A stretch of DNA of 64,000 bases from Kudoa neothunni. Taxonomy: Eukaryota > Animalia > Cnidaria. Positions 50,379 to 61,970 of the stretch are shown here, piece by piece. The notes under the pieces are model-generated. The model did not search any database. It was not told the DNA's origin and worked only from the letters and a program-made list of their open reading frames with translations. The stretch covers positions 1,375,158-1,439,157 of the forward strand of contig OZ199838.1 in the NCBI GenBank assembly GCA_964304625.1. The letters run 5' to 3'. The stretch's first letter is position 1. Each line of letters opens with the position of its first letter. A program made the position numbers and the translations under genes.

Positions 50379-52382
50379 CCCCCGTACACACATTGGGGGG
50401 TCAAAAATGGACCCAGTCTCTTTTATCAGCGATTTTCTTAAAATCTCTCTTACAGAATTTTAAGTAATTTTTCCTAATTTATATTATTATTTTATTAATT
50501 TGAAATATTTACTTAAATAAAAATAAAATGCATTTTAAACACTATTAAATCATCGCAACATTAAAACTTCCGTTCCCCACTCCTTATTGGAAAATCTATG
50601 ATAACTACTCTCTTAAATCTATGTATAATACCAAATACAATGATTAAATATTCATTTAATTTTAAGAATAAGTAAAATAATTTTGAAGGAGAGATAAATC
50701 TATGAGTTTTTAATGTGCCGCGTGATCATATGGATTCAAAATCAGCTAAACTACAGTCTGTTTTAGAGATGGAAAGAGATGAACATGAAATTCTATTGGA
50801 TGGCACTGATTCTGAGTTTAGCGACTATTTAATCGACAATCCTACACCCGATTATGATTATTCAGATATTGGGGCAGAATTTAACAATGAATTGATTGCC
50901 ACGTTGACTTCGAAAGATGGAGAAAAATGACCTAAACATCCAACAAGATACCAACGAAGAACTGACGCGGAAAATATTTTTAAATGCCCACCAGGTTTCA
51001 AACCACATGTGCTAAAACGATCGGATACCCCACTCATGGCATTTTTGAACTTGTTTGACAACGAAATCCTTGATTTGTTTGTTGAATGCACCATTCATTA
51101 TATAAAAAACCATCGATACAAATTAACTATGATTATCAAAGATGATCTAATGAAATATATTGGTGGCTGCATAATTATTGGTTTAATGAAGGGTAAAAAT
51201 ATGAATATTCGTGAATTCTTGTCAACCTACAATAAATCAGTCAATATTCATTAATTTATTTGAAAAAATATCTTCGTGTATGCGGTTTGATAAAAGAGAA
51301 TCCAGAATTCAAGATGACAAATTGACTCCAATAAGAGAAGTTTTTGAGCACTTTATTGGAAATTGTCGAAAAAATTATACACCAAGTGAACAAATGATGG
51401 TTGATGCGCAACTGGTGACATTTAAAGGGAGATGTGGTTTCAAAATGTACATTCCAAATAAACCCGGACGGTATGGTGTTAAAATATGGGCTTTGTGCGA
51501 CTCAAAGAATGCCTACCTATTCAATGCAAAGGTATATCTTGGAAAAGAAAATGGCGAAGTACAGTTTAATCAAGGGGAAAATGCTGTGAAAACGTTATGC
51601 GAACCGATTTTTAAATCTGGTCGAAATATCACAACAGATAATTTTTTTACTACTCTTTCCCTCGCAAGATTTCTACTTGGCCAAAAATTGACAATTGTAG
51701 GAACTGTACGAAGAAATAAAAATATTTTGATACCAGAGTTTCAAATGTCGAAAGAAAATGAAAATAATAGTCAGTTCTTGTTTCAAGATAAGGTCACACT
51801 CGTCAAATACAACCCTAAGAAAAACAGATCGGTTGTCTTGTTGTCAATACTCCACAGAGATGCGAATATTGATGATGAAAGCCAAAAATCTTAAATTATA
51901 TCTTACTATAGTTCTACAAAAGGTGGAGTTGATACTCTTGATCAAGTAGTAAGATATTTTTCGGTAAAAAGAAAAACACGAATATGGCCAATGGCTCTTT
52001 TCTATAATTTGTTAGACATCGCTGCATATATTGCCTACTTGTTGTATTTCCAAAAGCATCCCGTATTCTTGAATAAATATAGAAAGCGAGCCAGAAGAGA
52101 ATTTCTAAAATTGCTCGCAGACGAGCTTTTACCATCCAAAAGTCCCGAAACTGGCATTCTACCTTTGGAAAGGCCTAAAACCTTACAGAAAAATGCTAGA
52201 AAGTGGTGTCAAATCTGTATTCATTCGAGGAGATTGAAAATGTCAGCGCAGTGCAAATTATGCAATAACAATTAGAATTTTTTTAATCTTAAAAACGTTT
52301 TCATGTGTTTATTCTTAAGTGGGGGTCAAAAATGACCCTCCACTACGGGTTAACTTAAGTTTTTTGCTCATGTGTACAAGTG
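50379..52382 (+). mobile_element. Full-length piggyBac (PGBD4-like) with disrupted transposase
   Basis: TTAA TSDs at 50375-50378 and 52383-52386. TIRs CCCCCGTACACA / TGTGTACAAGTG. Motifs VDAQLVTFKGRC, PNKPGRYGVKIW, TDNFFT, GTVRRN, KGGVD and a C-terminal Cys cluster. Stop at 50928-50930 plus frameshifts. Confidence 0.92.
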
Positions 52383-52567
52383 TTAAAGTTTAGGTTTGGT
52401 ATATCAATATTAAAAGAGCATTTTTACCATGATTGAATCATTAAAGCCAAATATCATTCTTCTAAATAAAGAATAAGATGTATTAACGTAATCTCATGGA
52501 AGCGAGAATTTAGGCGAATAACCAACGTGATAGAATAAGAGAAGAAAAATCTCGAAGTATATAGTGA

Positions 52568-53205
52568 TTATAATTCGTCGTTGTTTGATGTTTTCACCAG
52601 GGTTACCTTGAAAATCAGTCCACTGTTGGCTATTTAACAAAATGAATAAAAGAGAAACCAACAATGTCACATACCTGGTATCTTTGGAGGAGCCCCATTC
52701 TCGCCATAAGCTGCTTAAGAAGTAAAAAACGCAAAAAACTATTAATCAAATTACCTAATTTTGACGGAATTTTTAATTTTCTTGTTTCTCCAACGCACAT
52801 TCTATCAAATATTAAGAAACGACCCAACACGGAAATATTACCCAAGTATGCCTTGCTCCCAACCTGTGATTAATTTATATTAGTACATTCGATAATAAGT
52901 GAAACAATAATCTACCCTGAATGACTTGGCCTACTCCCAATTGAAATGTGAAAGGGCGATCATCGGAGGATTTGTCAAACAATTCGCCATTTTTAAGAGT
53001 TCCCTTTACGATAAATAGACTCGAATAAATGATTCAAACGACAAACTTCGTATTGAACTGTAACAGAATCTCCATTTTTAGCTTTGTCTTTGCAATCAGA
53101 TGATTTTTTCAATATTCCAATGTGTAACTTGTCGAAATCGTTGTTATCATCGCAATGTGTAATTGTCGCAATAAATAAAGAAAAAAATAATAAATAATTT
53201 TTCAT
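52568..53205 (-). CDS. FKBP2: ER peptidyl-prolyl isomerase FKBP2/FKBP13 (6 exons, including a 22-nt exon)
   Basis: Signal peptide, KLHIGILKK..DC..KAKNGD.V.VQYE|GTL, FQLGVGQVIQG|WEQGILG|MCVGETRKLKIPSKL|AYGENGAPPKIP and a C-terminal NDEL ER-retention signal. Confidence 0.95.
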
Positions 53206-53852
53206 GATCAAAATCGGCTCCTAATCGACGAATACAGTTAAGAAATTGCAACGTCAACAGCTGGTCCGAAAATGTTCGAAGATTTTAAGATAGCTGTAGT
53301 CAACTGCCAATTCAAATCTAATACATCTAAGAAATTTATGTTAACATGTTAATGTTGGACAAAATAATTTTATGGACTATCACCCGATATATTACATTAT
53401 ATTTGCCCACTGAGAGTCAAACTGTATTTGTTGGTCAGTTAAATAATGGATCCAACGAATATCCGTAAAAATAATTTTAACAAATTAATTTACCATTTCT
53501 ACCCCAGAAAATAAATATTAAGATTAATTTTCCATAAATAACAAAAAACTCTTTTTGTACACAAGAAAAGAAGATGATTAGAATGTGACTCAATGAAATC
53601 TCGCCAGAGATATAGAAATTATTTATACTTGACAAATACACAGAAATTTAAATTTTTTAATAGAATGACCAAAAATACTCCATATGTATATATTAATGTA
53701 TTTTACTAAGGTGAATTGTTGTTATCTTTGCATATTGCACTCGTTCGCCCTGTCGTGTTAAATTATACTATCATAATTAGTGTTTACATAAATTCCCACA
53801 ATGAGATGGTAATGGTCGGTTATATAAAAGTAGTAACAAAAACTAACGTATG

Positions 53853-53928
53853 CATAATCAGCAGCAATTCGATAAGGCATCACCGCCTTTTAAGCTATTA
53901 TTCGCGGGTTCGAACCCCGTCGCGACCA
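53853..53928 (+). pseudogene. tRNA pseudogene (Arg-like body, TTT at anticodon position)
   Basis: Intact T-arm GCGGG-TTCGAAC-CCCGT and 3' acceptor strand CGCGACC-A. GATAAGGCA D-loop remnant and GC-CT-TTT-AA-GC loop. No pairing 5' acceptor strand. Confidence 0.55.
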
Positions 53929-54143
53929 ATCATTACAAGAAGTAAATTTTTTATTTTTAGAAGCCGCTATAAAGTCGTTTTTACTGAGAATAATCAACGT
54001 GACAATTCCTTTTTTAAAGCTTAACAAGAATACACCAGATCAGAAATAAGTGTAAATAAACATAAAAAAAGGAAATATTATCATAATTTGTTGTTAGTCG
54101 AAGGGTAATATCGTATCAATTCATTTTGTCGCTGTTTGAAACA

Positions 54144-57117
54144 TTAAGCTCGTTTGTTTCCCTAGGAAATTATTATAGAAATAGAATTCATCATTGAACT
54201 ACGTTCTGGAATTGAAAGTTCGCATACTGGTATAAGTTTGATTCGTTATAACCAACCATCCCTTCAATCATATTTTCATGACCTCTAATGTTAAAATTAC
54301 AGTGGGATAAAATTATTGGCGAACCGGATTTGATTTTCATGGCTAAATACAGTTGGGTTCATTTGGGGTGCAAGAGTTTGATTATAAAAATTGTTTCCTA
54401 AATTAAAATCATTTGAATTTTCCGGATTGGGAAGTGAATTCGGTTGCAGCTGGTAGTTTGGATTTATTTCTTGTTGGTTAGCATGGTTAAACATATTATT
54501 TTGCAACAACGATGAACTATTGTTTTGGTTTACTGAAGCTTCAATAAAGCATTGAATTGGAGGGCAGACAGAGTGGTTGATTCTTTGTGGTCTAGCGTCA
54601 TATATCGGTTGTGGGAATTCGTTTATATTGTTCTGACAAGTGTTTATTGGAGCAGTCCCTTGACCAGCCATACCCACACATGCACCGACTGTGTAGGAAG
54701 GTAGAGTAGAATTAGTTGGGTTAACTATAATATTGGGTTCATTTGAATTTACGGTAGACGTTAATAAATATGATAAATTTTGATCGGCGTTCTGGTAATT
54801 CTGGTAGGTGGTATGACTATTACTGTTTTGTCGGACAAGAGGTATGTTAGAAACTGACTGGGTGTGTGGAGAGGTAAAGTAAGAATTTAATAAACGTTGG
54901 ATTTCATCCGCATCTAATACACCAGCGTTAGCATTGTTAATTAAAAGCTCATTCAAATTAGGTTTGTCGAATAAAAAATGTTCAACCGAGGAGTTCTCTT
55001 CGTTTTTAGGATATAAAATGTATTGATTGTTGGCAGTTTGGGTAAAATTTTCTCCAACAATAGCAGGACACCTGCCAGGCTCATTAAACTCATTTTGAGA
55101 ATTAATATTATTATGAGAACCAAAGTTTAAAGTCTGATTTTGTGATGGAAACATATTTTGACTTGTGGCTTCAAACAAAAGCGGTCTATATTGGTTTGGG
55201 AGTGATTGAGCAATGATCGGCTCCGCTGTTGATTTATGTGCTATTGATACAGGCATCTGAGTAGAAAAGTTTGTTTGTTGGCCAGAAACAATATTCGCAC
55301 ATTGATACGATCTCCCAAACTGGTTTGAATTTGTAGGGTTATCGCCGGAAATACTTTTCACAGTGAACAACATCGAGCAATCACTATTGGAATGATTGTG
55401 TAGGGTATTGTTGAAAATCGGTTTGGAGTTGACGACGCCGGTGTTCATTGTGGAGGGTTGGATTACGTCATCAAAGTTACTATGAAAGTTATTTTGGTTG
55501 TTGCCGAGGGTGCCATAAGGATGGTTAGCGGTGTAAATTTTAGGATTCAAATGCATTTCCATTCCACTTGGTAACTTATTACAAGAGGTATTAATCAAAT
55601 CCATATTTAAATCCCCATGTTTATGAATAGAATTCAAAGGACTGGCAGTAGCAAACTGCGTCATTGATTGTTGTGAATCGGCTACGGGAAGGTCAGCAAT
55701 AGTTGTTTGTTTTTGTGTTATATTGGAATGATCGGTTTGACTAGTATTCGCCAATGAATTGGTCATTAACGCTGTAGGTTGCTTTGGTTGTAACCAACCA
55801 ATATGATCTGGATTCGAATAGGCCTGGCTTGTTGAAGCACTCTGATTTAACCAATCATTCATATAGCAGTTTTGTTGGTCGGGATTAGGTTGGTTTGAAT
55901 TTTTTGCATCATCGTAAACATCTTTGGTACAATAGTTGCGGTTGGAATAATCATTATCTAAATATTTGGGTTAATAATTCACTTATTGATAATTTATATT
56001 AGTTATTATATAAAAAACAACGTATAAATAGAATTATTGACTCAGAGTACAATTAGGGGTAATAAAATGAACACTAACAATTTGGTTTAGCGGTTGTCGA
56101 AGGATGTGAAGCATGTCTAGCATGGGATGAAACATATACGGATGATGGATTTTGATTGATAATTTCAACGAGAGGAGAAAATGAGTAACTTCTAGTTTTT
56201 ATTAATTCTGAGTTGGTAATATCTGTCCGAACCACAGCTTCGTTAGGTTGTTGTTGTTGTTGTTGTTGCTGCTGCTGCTGCTGCTGCTGTTGTTGACATG
56301 ATTGAAGTTGAAGTTGATTTTTCTTATCCGCTGAGGTTAAACGTGCATCATATCCACTTACGTCAACCTCGTACCTAGAAACACTCCCGCTATAAATGTT
56401 GTCTACATACGTCCAAAATTTAGATGATACGTTTCGGTGAACTTTATAAATGCTTTACAAGTTTGATAGGCTTTAATTTCTTTCACAATTTTGGGATTGT
56501 TTGTGTAGAAGGGAATGCGAATCGCCTGCCATGATCTTAGTTTTTCATCACCTTCATTTGGGAATGTGAGTTCGTAGGTGAAAGTTTGATGGAGATATTT
56601 ATCATATTTTCTTGATGGTTCCTTGTAGCAATCATCGTCATTGGTAACCATCAATTTGGGGCAAAGTTCGAATACAATATTCATTTGGAAAGGTGCGTAA
56701 CCACGTTCGGATATATGTATAGGAAATTTTTTGAATTCTAATATAACATCCAAATAGAAATAGCGTTAAAATAGATTGATAGAATAGGGTGTTAGTTGAG
56801 AGGGCTGACCATGAAAATAAGTAGGAAATTTTTACGAAAAATCTGCAAATAAAAATAAACAACCCTGATACCTCTTTTACTCTTGGCGAACGTTTCGTGC
56901 AAATATACGCCAACCTTTCTCACAATGTTCCCCGGAATATCAGCACTTTTGCTATCAAGTTGTAGATCAAAGTTCCATGAATGGGTTTCCTTGGTGGACA
57001 CGGGTTGGGTCAATTTGGTTACATCGTGGGACGCGATAAAAATCAGCTCCTGATGCTAAACAAACACAACTCAAAAATAACAAACAAAAACCATCGAGTC
57101 CACCAAAATACATTCAT
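54144..57117 (-). CDS. YEATS-domain protein (AF9/ENL-like) with polyQ and long N/Q/S-rich low-complexity C-terminus
   Basis: THSWNF...IVRKVGVYLHETFAKSKR|EFKKFPIHISERGYAPF matches YEATS HESF and GYAGF motifs. CAG/CAA tract and a 521-codon N/Q-rich ORF follow. The 3' end exons are uncertain. Confidence 0.8.
56248..56295 (-). repeat. Coding CAA/CAG polyglutamine tract
   Basis: (TTG)n(CTG)n(TTG)n on the + strand, inside a YEATS gene exon. Confidence 0.9.
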
Positions 57118-57789
57118 TTAAATCGGTTTGAGAACGTGTAACGATGTAATTTATTGTTCTAATATGGTAGAACTATCATGTAAAGCTTATCCCCCTAGAT
57201 ATCCCCTATATTAAGCATATTAGTCTGGTTAAACCGTTAAATTAGACAAACGCCTTAAAGATACAATACAAGTTAAAACAAAAGCTCAATTATTAAAAGA
57301 AAAAAATAATTAATTTTCGATTAAATGATACTTTCTAATAATTTAACTTGTAATACAAACAAACGGAACTATCGTTACACAGGCACAAAAATATTACCTA
57401 CATTCAAATCTTCATTTGTTTAATTTCCAACCTTTACGTAACAATCAATCAATTTCTATATTAAAATAAGAAATTTTATGAATTTAATGCGCAGTGCCAT
57501 AATTTATTTAATTGTTGAAGAAGAGGTTAAATTCTTCAATTATGTGTCAATGATTAAGTTTTATATTATAATGATTAATTCCGCAAAACTCTACTGAGGT
57601 TGTGAGTTGCTGATATGGTGAGCCAGTTATAAAGCTAATCAAAGGATCTAGTCAATTAAAATTAATAATTAAGGTTATTATTTGGATTTTTTGTCGTGGT
57701 GAAAATATCAAATTTTCATTTAACCATCATATACCCAAAGAACTCACAAAGTATTTCAATATATGGGTCTATTTCTGCTGCCACATGTT

Positions 57790-59496
57790 AATATTTTAAC
57801 TGAATGTACATGATTAATGATCTTGGTAATGCAGATGGAAAAAAATATAAAATATAATACCAGATATTCACCCTTAGCCTTAGGTCCCCTTTTCCTTGGT
57901 AGAATGTTGGCGAAATTTTGTTGCACCCTCAACATGTTGGGGCTAATTGTGTGGTTCTATTTGGAACAAAAAATTGTATAATAATTTATCACACACACAC
58001 ATTTAAATTAGTGAGGTTATTTTAATGCAAACATTTAAAAAATTTTACACGCAGTTATGCGTATATACACAAACATAAATAATTTGAGGATTGTATCGGC
58101 CAAATACCTGTGACTTGGCCATTTTTACTAACATCGGATTCTCTGAATGGCTTTGTTCCATAGCACTTCTATCAATCATGAATGTTTCCACAAGCCTTCC
58201 AACGTGTATTGCTAGTGAATGTAGGTCGACGCCTTAACAAGATCCACCCAGTTACAGTAAGAACATGTGTTAAGCTGATTGTGAGATGATAAGTAATAAT
58301 TAAAGTTACGATTTTTATAAAAAAAATATTGGTATTCCTATCTAGCTAACGAATCTCATTTTATCTGACTTTCTAATATATGTTGAACCCTAGAGTGTTT
58401 TCTTGGTTATATTCCGCACACATGAGGTCATGAAACACGCCCTTTGTAAGTGCCTTAAAATTAATCAGCTCAACTCATGTTAATATTTATCTTGTGGAAT
58501 TATATTTATTGTTTTGCGTCACTACCCCCATAGTCTGGATGCATGTGATCTGATTTGGATGAGATCTAAATAATTGGGGTAAATCATTTTTAAATTGTAT
58601 ACATCATCAAACATACGTTGTTTTCCGTTGTTACACGATCTATAAAAATATAATGATTTTTCGATTATTAAAATCGACTTTGTCTAAAGATATCACATAT
58701 TACTTTAGTTTGGTGCCAGTAGACTAAAGAAAAATCAGATCTGTCTCAGTTAAATATTATTTATTGATGTAATTAGGTTGTTTTGCTACCGTCGTAAAAT
58801 CATTGTTTTGTTAACCATAATGATTTTATACATTAAATCCTGGTGACAATCCTAGACTAAATTAGGTCTAATCACGAAAATAACCGGATAAATTAAAGTA
58901 AACAGCTTATATCATACTTATAATCTTATTGCGGTGAAAGAAAATAAAAAGTTCTTCTGTGTTCTACTTGTTCTAAAATATCAATTTAAAAAATTGTTAA
59001 TCAATTAGTTTAAATAAATTTAAAATGTAATAAACTTTTTATAGATATATTTCATTTATAATAACTCAGGAGTTATTATCCATTCATTTGAAACCCATTT
59101 ATATAATGCTCCTCATCTCACATTAAATTATATTCAGTCTAGAATTATTCCTCATAAATTGAGCTATTAGAAAATACAATGATTTTCTTTACTTTTTTGA
59201 TTAATAATTAAAAATAAAAATATATTTTTTTAATATATGTACACAATTATTAATTCATAGATAAACGACATTTTCAACTTTGGAACGGAATATTTTGGTA
59301 TTACAATCCTATATTTATATTAATAGTGGGTTTAAATAAAATAATGGACGTAAAATTTACAACAAATTATAACTTAGATCGATACAGCTTTTTCGAGTTA
59401 CGATAGTTGATAATATATGTGTCCATTTATCTTCTGAAATAATTTAAATTAATCTATAACGAATGTCAATTTTAACTGCGATAAATGTATTTCTTG

Positions 59497-59527
<31 letters not shown>

Positions 59528-60196
59528 CTCAACCCCGATTTTCAAGACCACGTTAAGGTGGGATTAAACATCCACATCTAGAAGTATTCAATATACACGA
59601 GTTATAATGAATCACAGTTTCCACGTTTTTTTAACTTACACGGGGATTAACGATAATAGATTTGGGACTAAAATTAAATATATTTACTTTAATACTTATA
59701 AATATACTTCGGTACCATTCGTAAATATTTTGTTGTTGCAGGATGTCATGAGAATATTTCCAATGAGTTAAATTTAGTGAGATAATTATACTTGATTATT
59801 TTTATTATCAAAAAGATGTTTATTAAGTCAATTATTGGTTTAATCTTTATTTCCTATACACTCGGTGTTTATCGGTTTTTGTATTTCACTGATCCACACA
59901 GTTCTATCCACATTTGTGTACGTTATAATTTGGAATCCTCACGTTTTTGGGGTTGTTATATTTTTTCTTGTCGAAAATCACCTCCAAACTAAACAGATGT
60001 ACACCTAAATAATTTAAAACATTTTATAGTGCCAAATTTTAATTGAATATGGGCGTTTTCATTTATGTTTGTTTATTAATTAACCTATGGTTTTTTTATC
60101 GAGCCACACGCCCCAAAAACTAAACACCACTCCCCTTTTTCCGAATTGATTATATACATCTTATTCTACGTGCAAAGTTTATCATAGGGTGCGCCA
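57790..60196 (-). CDS. Putative unresolved multi-exon gene
   Basis: An ATG near 60196 lies downstream of the NRF1-like motif at 60348. Exon-like pieces include MAHPMINFA|LFGACGSIKKTI|GVHLFSLEVIFDKKK and ...VETFMIDRSAMEQ...KSQ|NHTISPNMLRVQQNFANILPRKRGPK. A full in-frame model could not be assembled. Confidence 0.3.
59497..59523. repeat. (TA)n microsatellite
   Basis: Seen directly. Confidence 0.95.
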
Positions 60197-60849
60197 TTTT
60201 AATCGTCTAAATAGCTGAAAAATTTACCCCACTTTTTTATGTTTTAAAATTGTCTCAAATATAATTCAGCATTTACTGACCAAATATGAGGAAAATTTAT
60301 CGAGAAAAATTTGAACAAATGACCAATTATTTAAGTTGTATTTTGTGTGCGCCTGCGCGTTAATTAATGTGTGTTACGTTTCTTTGGGGTATGATTGTAT
60401 CTATAGGTGTAAAATAGAGAATGGATATTGAGTGGTTTTTATGGTCTCAAAAACCCACTTAATAATAAGTTTTTACGCAATATCCATTTTTGTGCGTGCG
60501 CATTACATTGTAAAATACGATTTCCTTTTGCTTACCTTTGATGATTATTCCTACAAACAAGTTTTTTTACAACACCGATAAAATTGAATTCGATTAAGGG
60601 AGACTTATTAAATTCTGTCGAAAAATCTTGTGATTTTTGGGTGTTAAATCTTTCTATTGATATTTTTTAAATTCTTTCCGTTATGGGATATAAATCAAAA
60701 AATCCATATAGAGCTTCTTGAATTAAAACTTTAGTTAAATATTAACTGTATTCTATGTTTGTTTTATTGAAAATTTGACTTCTTTAATAATTGGTTCGAT
60801 ACCAACAGATTAACCCGTTGTGGGAAATAAATCCGCATGATTTAGATAC

Positions 60850-61970
60850 CCACATATTGCCGCCTTTCATTAACAAATATATTTTTGTAAACTTCGATTT
60901 CATTGAAAAAAATTAATTATGTATACATAAAATATTACTTTGAGAACTGTCCCTGGCTTGGGACATCTTTCTTAAATCTTCTTGTTCTATAAACTGATAT
61001 AACTGTTTTATTGCAGTTTTATATATTACTATCAAATAGTTTTGATTTTTAAAACGACCAAATATAATTCCTAGCGGAATACTCTCCCAGAGTTTAGTCA
61101 ATGCCATGATTGAGTTTAGTAATGTTTATTTTTCAATGATAGAAACTCCACGTAAACCGTGATCGGCCATTGTATCTCTGCCCCACTTATAATGTATTTA
61201 ATGATGCTTAAATTAAGGTTTACAGAATAATAGTTGTTTTTGGATTGAAAAAAATTATATACTTTTAAAAAATCAATATTTTTGGGATGATGAGGATATT
61301 GATCCAACAAAATTAAAACTTTTCTGTTCTCAACTATCATTATTGTGTTTAACTTTCTCATTATGTTTATATATAAATCACAATATCCATGTTTTTTGAA
61401 TAATATTCACGAGGTAGATGTTTAATTGAGATAAAACGTCTAAGATTCTGAAATTTACCAGTAAAAACTAATGGAAGTTTATCCCTATTTAGATAGGGGT
61501 GGCAGTAAAACAGTCACTCTTTTTCGGATATTTTTTCCCCTATATTCCAACCTCATCCGTTAAAATATAACCAATTTTTTTTAACTTCTCATAAAAGAAG
61601 GCCAGTTTCATCAATGTTTTTAACGTCTTTAGGATTGCATGCCTTATTTAAATTAGTGTTTTCGACATTCCATGAGTCAGCAGGTGAAATATCTGTATTC
61701 GCATTCTCATCATGAAACATTTTGAAAGCTATCACATATCTTGGGTGGACTCTAAAAGCCACATTTAATTAGACTTTGAATTGGGAATTTCCTTTTCATT
61801 TTCAATATTCGTATTTTTGAATTTATCTTCGTGTGAACAAATTCTATCAATTTCTAAATGGCCATTAACGTGGTAATATATTAATATTCAACATTTTTAT
61901 CGAATTATAATAATCAGTGATTTCTCCTTTCTCTTAACTATTACTTTTTTGGAGGACATTATGAAGAAAA
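60850..61970 (-). mobile_element. Decayed pogo/Tigger (CENP-B/DDE_1) transposase
   Basis: Minus-strand NIDETGL, RVTVLL, GKFQNLRRF and RKVLILLDQYPHHP motifs with stops and frameshifts. Confidence 0.8.

Noticed and set aside
14101-53225. AG dinucleotide 2-16 nt before several ATGs as general evidence of SL trans-splicing
   Set aside because: Expected by chance at this spacing, absent before several other starts, and promoter-like motifs sit very close to some ATGs. Kept only as a hypothesis for ANAPC5.
59965-59990. FGGDFRQ as a Helitron/PIF1 helicase motif
   Set aside because: Followed by a stop within a few codons with no other helicase motifs, and another frame fits an exon better.
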